64,000 bases of DNA from Eledone cirrhosa (lineage: Eukaryota). The notes under the pieces are model-generated. The model did not search any database. It worked only from the letters and a program-made list of their open reading frames with translations, and had not been told where the DNA came from. Made by a program: the position numbers and the translations under genes. This document shows, piece by piece, positions 25,551 to 37,849 of this stretch (positions are counted from its first letter, which is position 1; each line of letters opens with the position of its first letter). Where the stretch lies: positions 41,788,001 through 41,852,000 of the forward strand of contig OZ024749.1 in NCBI GenBank assembly GCA_964016885.1. The letters are read 5' to 3'.

Positions 25551-27569
25551 GTAATGTTATGATTTTTACTTTTCTTTATTAAGAAACAAATGAAGCAACG
25601 TTAGTAAGATGTTCTGTACAAATATATGATAGTACTGTGGCTGCATCACATTCAAAGTTCATCTTTAAATCTATTACTGCAATTCTTAGCAGTGGTCTAT
25701 CTACTAGTGAAGATACTGTACACATTTGACTTAACAAATCTGTCTTTAGATATTTTCTGCTAATTCTTTATGTTAAGAGTTAATAATTTCTTTGCATATT
25801 AGAGTAAAATTATTTAAAACATTAGATGTCACCTTGCCTCTCACATGGTTAGTCATGATTATAAGATACAAGTATTCTGAATCAAGCAGAATTGTTTTGT
25901 CACAATGATGCGCTATGGCTTAGTGCCTTAACATTGCACACAAATATTTCACGTCCTGTAATCTGATTTGGTATCATGTGTTGGTCTAGTCTTTTTTGAT
26001 AAACTAGTTTCACTTTAGAAAATAGCTAAAAATGGATAGTTAGATCATTGTGAAAATTTGGAAGACAAAATGGAAATATGATTTTATAGTATCTTTACTG
26101 TGAAAATTTGCACTATACATGGTTGTTAATTGATTAACATCCTATAAGAATATATCTAAAATAGGTTTCTTTAAAATTCAAATGTTTACGATATCTTTAC
26201 TAGTAGAAAATTTGCAGTAAACTATAAACTTTAATGTTTAAAGTGATGCAATTAAAGTGCTGTTTTTGTCCTTTTTGAGAAAGTCTTATTAATGTAGTTT
26301 CGAATGGTTCAGGATGTTAACAGTTAATATTGGTCTTGCGTTATAACATCTTATTGTAATAGATATTTAGTGTTGATGGAATTTGTTTGATATAGAGACC
26401 ATAATTTTTACCTTTGTTTTTCCACAGTAGCATGCTTTAGCTGGGTCAGTTCCAAGTTTTCCCACTTGTTGCAATCCTTTATATTGATGTGAAATTCAGC
26501 ATCCTGTGGAATGGTCATCACTTCAATTCTCTCCTCTCTTGTATTTCTTTCGCACTATAGTAAATAGTTTGTGTATGTAACACAATATTCTCTTGCGCAC
26601 TACAGTAAATAGCTTTCATGTGCAACACGCTATTCTGATATACACTAGAGAAAATGGCTACAAATCTATAATGATTAGTTTTTCTTTTCCACCTCACAAT
26701 ACATACACTACATTTGATCAAGATACTTTCTCCCAATTTAATGAGCAAATGTGGAGTGGCAGTTTTATAACCAGGCTACAGCGTGGCTCGTTTCACCAAA
26801 CTTTAACAAAATTTACATCGTGCTTTAATGCCTCTTCTCTACTAGGGCAGATGTAGGTCTTGCAGGCTTCTTGACAAACTTCTCCACTCCATTTCCCCCT
26901 TTAAATGATTTTCATTTCATCCTACATTTTTACCCATCTCTTTCTTAGTCGCCCCCTTCCTCTATTTTCTTCCCCATTCTTTTCCATCACTCCTTTCACC
27001 CAGGCTTCATCCTTCAACATATCACTCGTCCAGTTGGCATTATGCCTCAAAAAGGGCGAGTATAATAAGGCTGGTTTTTGGATACAGTGTGTTTGTGTGG
27101 AGGGACATGGTTGTGGTTAGGTTATGGATTCTATTCCTAGTCCATGTACCATGTTTGTCAGCAAAACACTTCATTTTACCTTGCTTTTCATAATAGGACC
27201 AAGGTCACTATCATTAAAACACTCAACAAACCTATAAGATACAAAACTTGTAGGAGTTGAGCTAAATATGTATATGACAGCTATAAATTTCACTTTCGTT
27301 TCATTGTTATGAGAGTATGAGAGACATTCATTGATAAAGAATGTATTTTACATGTATAACACACTTGCCTTCGTTTCTCTCTCTCTTTTTTGTTGACTTT
27401 TGTGTGTTTTATGAAATTTAAATGAACATTCTGGAATGTTTTTTGTGAAATTGTACAAAAAAACTCTTGTACAATCTTTGTTTTAGAGATTTCATGTTGA
27501 ATATCATTTTGTTAAAATATCTCCTTCCAATAAATGTTATTTTAATTTTTTTGTTTCCCTTAATTTCAG

Positions 27570-27735
27570 ATTCGTAAAGTTGTACTTGCTTTAGGAGACT
27601 ATATGGAAGCACAATGTCATGCTTGTATAGGAGGTACAGATGTCCGTGATGATAAGATACGTCTCAACCAAGGTGTGCATATAATTGTAGGAACGCCAGG
27701 CCGTGTTCAAGACATGATTACTCGGAGCTTTTTAA
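27570..27735 (+). CDS. eIF4A: eIF4A-B exon 5
   Basis: [23 protein letters not shown]...[11 protein letters not shown]; 166 nt; AG/GT. Confidence 0.96.
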
Positions 27736-28504
27736 GTACGTATGCTATTCTACCATCTTTAAATGTTTATGGGAGTAATGAATTAACTGTTAGTTAGTAT
27801 GATAAAGGGAAATAAGTATAGCTTTGCACTATTGTTTCTACATTTGTTTTTCAAGTTAGTGTGTGTTAGGTACAGCATTTTAGGCTGGATGTCCTTAAAG
27901 CCATAGCTGGCTTTAAGCAAACCTCTGATCATTGATCACTGAGACATTGGGCATAAATTTTGCTGCCTTTGCAAATAGTGTGTAATGTGGAGCGAGGTAT
28001 GGAGATAAACATACTCATACATACACAAGCACTAGTTTTTGTCTTGTCTCTACAATTTAAATCTTGGAAAAAATACGGGTCTTGCAGGTTTAACTTGATG
28101 TGCCCCGGCATGTTATTGAGTTAGAGGGATAAAAAATATGCATACTGTCTACTCGCTTTTTATGCGAATTTGCTTGCTTTAACACCTCTTGAAAAATATT
28201 AAATATTCACTTTACATATGAGTGGTTTTTATTTTATTTTATTTATCAGAAATACGATAATTTGCTTTTCATGCCACGTTCACGAACGCATCTTCACGTA
28301 AAAAGCAAACGCACTATATAGCTTTTAGCATTTAAACCGGTCATATCCGGTCAGAATTCTCTCACCTATTTCTGTTCAAATTGGTTGTAAACAGTCATTC
28401 ATACTGATGTTAAGGTGTTCTCAAAATAAATGATATCAAAATCTCAGATTTGATATGTAAGATAAAATTAAAATCTTTAATTTTCATTTTTTTTATTATT
28501 TCAG

Positions 28505-28614
28505 AAACTGATAAAATCAAGTTGTTTGTATTGGATGAAGCTGATGAGATGTTGTCTCGCGGTTTTAAAGATCAAATTTACAGTGTGTTCCGCTGTATGC
28601 CTGAAAACATTCAG
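28505..28614 (+). CDS. eIF4A: eIF4A-B exon 6 (DEAD motif)
   Basis: [24 protein letters not shown]; 110 nt; AG/GT. Confidence 0.97.
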
Positions 28615-29032
28615 GTAGGTTCACCATGACATTATCTAATATGCCCTTTCTTATTGTTAACCTCGTGACCATCATGTATCTAAGACTACATTATCCTTTT
28701 TTTATCAATTATTTTCTATATTTGGCCTGCTTTCTAGAGCTGATGCCCTTACACTAACACTTTACAGTGTGTGCTGGGTACATTTTATTGTCACTAGCAT
28801 TAGAGTTCTCAGTGTACTCAACAAGACTGAATGTTTTCTTTACCTTATGTCTACATGTTTCTAACCACTTTACAGAGTGTATTAGTTGCATACCAAAGCA
28901 GTTCTACCCTGTATTGTCTCCATTTTTATTTTGAATATTAAAAAGGAATTTTTAGGAAATGATTTCTTTTTTAATGAATATTTTCATTTTGAAATTAAAT
29001 GAATTGTTTTTTTTTTGTTTGTTTTTTTTCAG

Positions 29033-29176
29033 GTACTTTTGTTATCAGCCACCATGCCTAAAGATGTCTTAGATGTCACAAAACAATTTATGAGAGATCC
29101 TGTCAAAATTCTCGTCAAAAAGGAGGAACTTACTCTTGAAGGCATCAAACAATTTTACATTCAAGTAGAACGTGAA
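29033..29176 (+). CDS. eIF4A: eIF4A-B exon 7 (SAT motif)
   Basis: VLLLSATMP...[18 protein letters not shown]; 144 nt. Confidence 0.97.
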
Positions 29177-29442
29177 GTAAGTAATTTACTTAATTGATTA
29201 GTAGTTAGGGTTCTTGAGCAAGATGGTTTCATATTTTATGTTCCAGTTCATTTAATGAAAAATTGGAACCCATGGGATGGGGGGGGGGGGGGGGGGGGAG
29301 TTTCTTGTCAGCAGAGTGCAGCTGATATATATACCACCCAACCAAAACAAGGGTGTATAGTTTGTCCCTATTTCTTTTAGTTATATAAAATGAATAACTT
29401 TTGTCATATTTGTTGCATATGTTCTCTTCTCTTTGTGTTTAG

Positions 29443-29580
29443 GTGTGGAAGTTGGATACTTTATCAGATCTGTATGAGACCCTGACCATCACCCAGGCTG
29501 TCATATTCTGTAATACACGTAGAAAGGTTGACTGGTTGACTACCAAAATGTTGGAAAGAGATTTTACTGTCTCTGCTATG
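29443..29580 (+). CDS. eIF4A: eIF4A-B exon 8
   Basis: [32 protein letters not shown]...DFTVSAM; 138 nt. Confidence 0.97.
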
Positions 29581-29899
29581 GTATGTATTATATTTATAGA
29601 GTTTTGTTCAGAGACATGCAGTGTGTCTGAGTGTTTTCGTTATCTCATTTATGTAGTAGTTTTATATACTCTGGTTGAGAACAGGTCTCTGTGCGTCTTT
29701 TCCTTTACATCTGGCTTGTCTGTCCAACCCCAACTATGAGGGATGATGCCTTTGTTTTTGTGTGGTGTTGTGTGCTAGATTTTATTACCTGAGTTGTCCG
29801 ATTACTAATGAAGGTTGCCCTGCAAACAAAGGACGGGATGGTAAAAATGAATGGCAGGTTGTATGATGAATGCAAATAATATACATAGGCTGGGGAGAA

Positions 29900-30480
29900 A
29901 AGATGCAAATATGTTCCATTGGGTGTGTTAGTATGCATGGATGTGTTAGAGGGAAAAACTGTGTGCAAGATATGAGACTGCTGGTATGGACACATGGTCT
30001 GTGTTGATTAGGAACCTGCAAACAACCACTTTTCTTTGTTGGTAGGGACCAGGCAATATTCTTTCAAAGCCGGATTTGTTCCTAATATACTTATTCCATT
30101 GGTCTTTGTTGAAATAGGCTGCATAACAAACAAATATCTACAGCTGTTGTAGCAGGTAACACTCATACACACACAATATAGATGACTGGCTTTCATGTCA
30201 TTCGGCCTACCAAGTTTCACTTGTGCAATCCAATATAACGTGGTTGTGAAGCCTGCTTAATTGCAAAGCTATATATTGAGCAAAAGTAATTGTGTTGGTA
30301 TCGATATGTGATGCACATGAATGGTGATCAATGGGTGAGGGAGTGTCAAGAGATCCCAGTAGAGGGAAATTTCAGAAGATCAATCATCAAAGGAAGCTTG
30401 AACAGAAGTAATGAGACCTGGTCTCAAGATGTGATGTCATGCAACAAGTGGAAGAACACTTGTTCTGGAACCCCCAAAAC
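29900..30480 (+). mobile_element. Old RTE LINE 3' remnants
   Basis: Degenerate WYGHM / CWYRYVMHMNGDQWVRECQEIPVEG similar to the C-terminus of the RTE at 44266-44874. Confidence 0.55.
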
Positions 30481-30755
30481 ATAAGGGCATTGAATTATTG
30501 TGATGTGATTTCAAGGAATACTTTGATGTAATAAGAACCTTTATATTTAAAAACATTCTTAATTCAAATGTTTGTATCTTTCTTAAGAAAATTTAGTTTT
30601 AGGGTGGAGGCTTTAATTTAACGTGATGCAGTCAGTGCTGCAGTTTACTTTCCAAGAATGTCTTGTTTTTCGTCAATTTACCAAAGCTAGTGATATAACT
30701 ACACATTTTTGTTCTGTTTTGACTTACATCTGATCTGTATGTATGTATTTTTTAG

Positions 30756-30925
30756 CATGGCGATATGGAGCAAAAAGACAGAGACATCATCATGAAGGAG
30801 TTTCGTACCGGTTCCAGCCGTGTTCTTATTACCACAGATCTATTAGCTCGTGGAATAGATGTGCAACAAGTATCTCTGGTTATCAATTATGATTTACCTT
30901 CGAATAGAGAAAATTATATCCATCG
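30756..30925 (+). CDS. eIF4A: eIF4A-B exon 9
   Basis: [38 protein letters not shown]...ENYIHR; 170 nt. Confidence 0.97.
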
Positions 30926-31507
30926 GTGAGTAAAACTTTAGTTTCATCAGCATTTGTTGCTTGTCATTTTAAAATCCTTTCATTACTTTATTCCTAATAG
31001 AACATTGTATTTGAATTAAGGATTTTGTTGCATAGAACCAGAAGTGTTTTTCTAGCAGGTTGGGATCAGACAAGTAGCTCAAGTGTTTTGAATCTCGTGA
31101 GCAATTCTCTCTTCTTTCCCACCACTAGGATTACATCCTCGATTTTATAGAGTTAATGTGTTGTAAACCTTTGCAAAAGCAAAACATACTCATAAATTTT
31201 AATCTTACTACAACCTTCTTAAGCATTCCATTGTTTACATTCTAACATTATAACTGTAAGGCATGAAATTTAAATTAATAGAAAGGACAGGCAATAGGTG
31301 TGTGGTTCAGTTTCTACATGTGATTCTAATGTTTGCTTCTCCAGTGGTTATATCTCTGATTTTATTCTATCTTATAGTTAATGTTTTGTCGTAGCCTTTG
31401 CAAGATCTCTTAAATTTCAATATTATTGCATGCTTCTTAAAACATTCCATTTGTTTACATTCTCAGAAAAATAAATTTCCTTTTATTTTTTTCCCCAATC
31501 TTTTCAG

Positions 31508-31652
31508 TATTGGCAGGGGTGGTCGATTTGGTCGTAAAGGAGTTGCTATCAACTTCGTAACTGACGATGATATTCGGACTCTTCGAGACATCGAACATTT
31601 TTATAACACTGTAGTTGCTGAAATGCCAATGAATGTTGCTGACCTCATTTAA
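31508..31652 (+). CDS. eIF4A: eIF4A-B last exon; spliced CDS 1218 nt, 405 aa
   Basis: [16 protein letters not shown]...[13 protein letters not shown]; all exon phases compatible; AATAAA at 32196. Confidence 0.97.
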
Positions 31653-32999
31653 ATCTATTTTGGAGCAACCCTGTTTTATCTTGGAAGACAATCATTGTCT
31701 CTGCAGATCATGAACTTCCTCCAGCTTTTCCAAAGAAATTCTCTTCTAAAGAAAAGAAAGAAAAAAAGATTAAAAGGAAAAAAAAAAACCCTTGGTTGTC
31801 TTACTGACTTGTTCTATGTTTTTTGTTAGCATAGTGAAACTATAATCAATTTCTCATTGTGTATGGACATATATATATATATGTATATATCTATATATGT
31901 ATATATGTACATATATATAAATATATATATATGACTTTTTTTTTTTTCTTTCCTAACTATACATAGCTGTTAAGTTCATAGGTATTGTATATACTACTTT
32001 ATTACAGAGACCATATCAAAAAAAATAATTCATTTGTCCTGTTCTGACTAGTCATGTTATATTTTTTTTAATGTGTTTATTGGTGAAAAAAATCTTTAAA
32101 ATATATATTTACTAAGTTTAAGTTACTTCAATTTAATTTTTTTTTTTTTTTTTTTTTATGTATAAAAAAAATGTGAAAGGAATGGAAAATGAATTAATAA
32201 AATGGGTCTTATTTTAAAATGGCTGTCCTAACAGTTAATTCTCCTCTCTTACGTTCCGGTAACATTCCATAATTGATCAAGCAGTCATTAAGAAGAAAGT
32301 TTTAGTTATAATAATATTATTAATTAAATGTTTACTGTTTGAAAATGTTGTTCATTTTTTCTCCACCTCCATATATATAAAACTAAATGTTATTTTTTAT
32401 GCTTGATTTTAAAAATGGATCTTCCAGAATGAGGATGATGGAAATAATCTGGCAAAAAAAAAAAGAAAAATGAAATGTTTCTATATTTTCTGTTTTCCAT
32501 CCTTTATTATATCTATATATAGCGTCTCTCTTACACAAACTAAATTTCTTCCTGCTCTGTAGAGTAATATGATGCAAGAGTTAAGTTCTGTCAGCAGGGA
32601 TGATGATAATGGTGTTGATGTCCAGCTACATTTAGATTACACATGAGATAGTTTTTTTTCACTTAACAAGCTGGTCATTCATGTGGTGTTAAAAATAGTT
32701 TTTAAAAAAATGTTTTTCCCTCTTGAGTTTTATATTATGTTTATTCAGTTAAAAGGTTGTTCTACTTGCAGTTTAAAGTTTCTGACAGTTAGTATAGATA
32801 TTAAAAAAAAACTGAAGTTTTGGTTTAATTAGTTAACAGCTTTTCAGGGCAGTAAAGAATTGCTTTTTTTTTTTTTTATTTTTTACATTTACCTTTCCTA
32901 TCAGATGCAGTTTTGGATAATATAACTAGATTTAATCTATTCTTTCTATTCTGCGGCTATGTTACCAACTCCCTTTTTTTTTTAGTAGGTGTCTATTAA

Positions 33000-33206
33000 C
33001 TCTTAAAGTCCTGTACTACATGCAATCATATTGGCAAAACATTCTTGAAAAGTACAAAATAGCACTGGCTGCATTACATGATATAATTTAGTCTTAAGTT
33101 TACTGCAAATTTTCAGTCTGTGCACTAATAAAAATACTATAAACATTTGAATTAACAAAACCCATTTAAAAATATTTTCTACTAAATCATTACAGGATAT
33201 TAAGAG
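33000..33206. mobile_element. TTAA-type MITE, family B
   Basis: TTAA flanks; TIR CTCTTAAAGTCCTGTA / TACAGGATATTAAGAG; degenerate copies near 3850-4010, 10511-10690, 18958-19110, 25600-25782, 26180-26328, 30620 and 57770. Confidence 0.8.
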
Positions 33207-36010
33207 TTAAAACTTTGGTTGTCTTTTTTTTTCTTTTTTTTTCTTTTTTTTCAAATAAGTCATGCTGCTTACTTCTCAAGAGGTTGCAAAATACTTCTAC
33301 TTTTGTTTAACCTGGCCTCAAATAATCTTTTGTTACTGTTACACACAGTTAACATTAACCTAAGGCATGGCTGTGGTGGTCTTAACTCCTATTGCCATTT
33401 GTCTGTCTCTATGTATCTCTCTCTCTCCAAAGTGGTGACAGGGGTTTTCTTAGCATGTTGATTCCTTGCTGCAGATCTGATGGGATATTTTGGAACAACA
33501 TAGCAACAGCTGTAATCTGTATTCTCTGAATCATGGAATTACAAGGGACTACAGAAATGTTTCATAAACTCTCTTGGTTTTGTCCATTGTTGAAAGAAAA
33601 GAAAATTATATTCTGTTTTGAGTAATTCATTCAATAAAAGAAGAAAAAAGAGAAGGGGTAATTTCATTTTTTGGCTTGTTTCTTTGCTTTAATTTTTTTC
33701 TCCAAGGCCTTTTCCAATCTTTAATTAGAATTGCAATACAATTGCTGGTTTTACTGGCTGTCCATAAAACTATTGAGAGAAGTATTGTGACTAGCTTGCG
33801 CTTCTTAATTTAATTTATTTTTAGTGCTGTGGCTTTGTTTATGGCAAAAAAGAAAACAGTTGTGTCAAAAACAATAAATAGAGCATTACATTAAATTAAG
33901 CATGATCTTCATGTAATGTAGTGGTGGTTGTAGATATTCACACCATATCCTTTTTGCCAGCTGCATGCTATCTATCAGTCAGATTCAACCATATGATCTT
34001 TACTTATTTGTCCTTTTGTTCTACGGGTATCTTTTGATCACCTCAATTTTTGTTTTCAATAGATTAGTTATGAAGCTTGAGTATAAAAGACTGTATTGAT
34101 GTATTTGTAAACTAGGTATCTGGCATTGGTTAATTTGCTGTCATCTCATCTAGAATTACAATAGTAAATACTAATCTATTCATCTGACAATGATTTCTAA
34201 TTTAAGCAGATTTGAATGGGAGGGAAAATCAAGTTGGATCTTCAGTATTTGACTGGTGCTTTATTTTATCAATGTCCAAAAGATGAAAGCCATTAACAGT
34301 AATAATAGTAATAATGACTTATGGAGCATAGGCATGGCTAGTGACTAAAAAATATGGGATATAGAGGCAACTAAATAAGTTTAGGAATAGCAGCAGCTGG
34401 GCTTTCTACAAATTGGAGATCAAAGTTTCACAGTGATGGAAAAGGAAGTGAGATGTGTGGGTGTTAGATGAAGCTTTGTCCAGTGATGACCAAAGGTAAG
34501 ATGTTTGTGTAGACAAGGAAGCAAGGATTAAATCAAGAAGTTAGTGTTTCAAGATATGAACTGTTGGTGAGAACCTTTCCTTTACAGTAGGCGGATAATT
34601 GCTGAGAATAACTTTCTTTATCAATTCTATAGACTAGTTGTAATTTAGCTCGTCTGCATTTCTTTGAAATGTCAAGATTTCAAATCCATATACACTCAGT
34701 TAAAATGTTTTATCAATTTCAAAATTTAAAGCATGGTATGTGGAAGATAATTTAGATGCTTTATCTATGAAGCTATATCCAAAAATTTTAATTTTAAATT
34801 GGAATTTGTAACCAGGCATGGATTACTATGAAAAGGCTTAAATTGAATATACAGTTGTTAGGGTGAAATTCCCATCTCAAAATTCAACTATAAGTCCATT
34901 ATTCAAAGCCTGAATTGTGTTTTGGACTCTTTAATGGCATTCATAAGTAGTGTTTGCCTACTTACTCAAATAGGCTTATGGCTGTTATCCAACCAAATTG
35001 CTTGTAATCTACCTCTGGGTTACATGCTGGTTAGTTTTGTCCATAAAATCTGTTGTAATTCTTTCCTTAAACATTCTAGTCAAGTCCATAGTGTAGGAGT
35101 TGTGATTCCTTGATCTATGAATCGAGTCAGATCTCTCACCATTCTGACTTAAAAATTACATCATTGATATCACAATTTAACATCCATTTTTCCAAGCTAG
35201 CATGGGTTATACCCACATGAAGCTATGAACAATGTAGTCAGATATGTGATGACTGGCTGGAATGCCTTTACTCATCTTCACGTCAATTCTCTCATCTCTT
35301 CATGCTTTAATTGAATGGAGAAAATGTAGTGGAAGGGGCTTTTTAGTCTTTGTAGGGATAGAGCAATCTAATGCTGGAGCCACAAAATAAACCGAGTGCA
35401 CTCCTAAAGTTGGTAAACATAGCATTTGAGTAGCGGGGACACTTTAATATTGCCTACATATAAGATCTCTCTGGTTTTAGGGTTATGGTTAAATACACCC
35501 AGTAAATTGGTTGCTTCAATAGAGGGAACACTTTAGTACTGCTAAAGAAGACCATTTTAGTTTTAGGGCCACGATAGAATAAACCCAGCACACTCAGTAA
35601 ATTGGTTGCTTAACAGATAACACTTTAGTACTGCTAAATAATATAACCTTTCTTATCCTTGTACCACCATACACTGTAAAATGGCTTTAAGAAGGGCATC
35701 CACCTGTAGAAACCATGCTACAAGTGAGATGTATCAATTCTGGATAGGACCCATTTTATAATCAAGTTCAAGTAAATGTCGCCAGCAAAGTGACAACAAA
35801 CCATGTAGTCCCTTTACTGTTTTATTTCTGATTCATTCAAAATAGCTTCTGTTTCTTTTAAACAAACCCACCCATTTTAAAGGGTTTCTGGTTAGCCTTT
35901 ATGCCAAAGCCTCTTTTGGTTCTAAGAAACAAAACTACCAATTTTAAACGGTCTCTATATAAATTAAAATCTTTCAACATTTTATAAAGAACTGTATTAT
36001 GTTATCTTAA

Positions 36011-36182
36011 GCCTTTAACATTTACATTATATATACTATTGTATTTTTGCGGTAAAGGCTTTACCTCAATATCAAATCTGAGATTTTGAAAACTACACCT
36101 TAATATCGGTATGAGTGGCCAGTTACGGCTGTTTTGAACAGAAAAAGGTGATAGAATTCTGGCCAGTTTAAATGCTTGAGGG
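36011..36182. mobile_element. MITE family A copy (degenerate)
   Basis: Colinear with 4297-4504; TTAA flanks. Confidence 0.8.
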
Positions 36183-37244
36183 TTAATAATGAAATAATTA
36201 TTTTAGTAAATTCCTCATTAATTAAATTAAAATAGAGTAATTCATTAGAAATACAGCCATTAAAGATTTAACTCGAGCAACTTGTTGCATTAACACTTCA
36301 ATCTTTCAGATACAGAGCCTATCTGGTCACCTGATGTAACACATGCAAGCATAGAAAATAGATTGTAAACATTGATGAGTATATTTATAATTTGATTTTA
36401 GGTTTAATCAATACATATATAGAATCAATAATATAAAATAATTTTAAACGATATATAGATATATTAATTGAGAAACTAACCAGGCTTTAATACATATATA
36501 CATATAGAAACAAATACAATTTAAGGTGTTAAACAAGAAACATTACTCGTATAACAATTAAATGGCTGTACCATGTTTCTGAGGACTAAAAAGAATTGAA
36601 AATTCACCATTGATTACAATAATTAGTATCAATCACCAACCATCAATTATTGTAAAAATTCAATTGATATCTATAAATCGTTTAAAATTATTTTATATAT
36701 ATATATTTCAATAATCCATGTTGGTTGATTCAAGTAGTCAACAAATTGTATTGTCAAGGATCAATGGGAAGAAACCCAACAAAGGCTTTCTTTGTCCTCG
36801 GGCTAGGTATAGATACCTCAAATGGTACACCGTTGTCAGCTACTCTTTTTCTCCATCACACATGCTAAATGCTGTAGTAGAAAAAGGGGTCTCTGTATTC
36901 CCAACCAAATGAAATAAACTGTTGAAATACTGTAGTTTATCAGGTAAATTATGGTTTTTAACCTGTCAAATACAATAAAATTCAAGGGAGTTGAGCAGCT
37001 AGCAATAAAGTTTTTATTATCAATGGTGCCCTATCTTAAAGTATCAGTGGTGCTTGACTGTTACAGCACCTTCACCACACTATCAACTACAGTAATGCCA
37101 TGAGTGTTTTTACTTGCCTCAAAAATGTTTAGAGAGCAACACTATATATATATGCAGAGGTTATTTTTAATTTGTTGGGATTCAACGAGCTTAAAATTTT
37201 TTATAACTGATATAAAGCACTCAACAGTTAGTGGAGTAAATATT

Positions 37245-37849
37245 CAATATATTAATAAATGAAAACTATATTTATAAAACCATAATTATTTATTATATAT
37301 TTCAAGGGCAACCAAGGCAAATTATAGTGCGCTTTCATCAGATAAAATACAGATTTGTTTTATAAATAAATATTGACATACCCGGAAAAAAGACAACCTT
37401 ACCGGTTGAAGTTCCCTGGAGATAATATTTTATTGAGAGTGATACAAAGTTGTGTCAGAAAAATTGAAAAAACAACGGTTTATTTAAATTAAACTGTTGG
37501 AAGAAGGGAGAGGGGAAAAAATATTTTTTTCTCTCTCCCTCTCCTTTTTACGTCTCCTTTCTTCCAACAGTTTAATTTAAATAAACCGTTGTTTTTTCAA
37601 TTTTTCTGACACTCATTTGCATATCCACTCATAACTTTGTATCACCCTCAATAAAATATTATCTCCACTATCCAGGGAACTTCAACCGTTAAGGTTGTCT
37701 TTTTTCCAGGTATGTCAATATTTATTTATAAAACAAATCTGTATTTTATCTGATGAAAGCGTACCATAAATTGCCTTGGTTGCCCTTGAAATATATATAA
37801 TAAAATAATTATGGTTTTATAAATATAGTTTCCATTTATTAATATATTG
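37245..37849. repeat. Long near-perfect inverted repeat (fold-back) with about 265-bp arms
   Basis: 37245-37511 is the reverse complement of 37553-37849 apart from a few substitutions and two insertions in the right arm. Confidence 0.95.

Noticed and set aside
25905-25966. ATGATG...CTGA C/D snoRNA candidate
   Set aside because: Imperfect box C, no convincing rRNA antisense, and the interior resembles a decayed SINE head.
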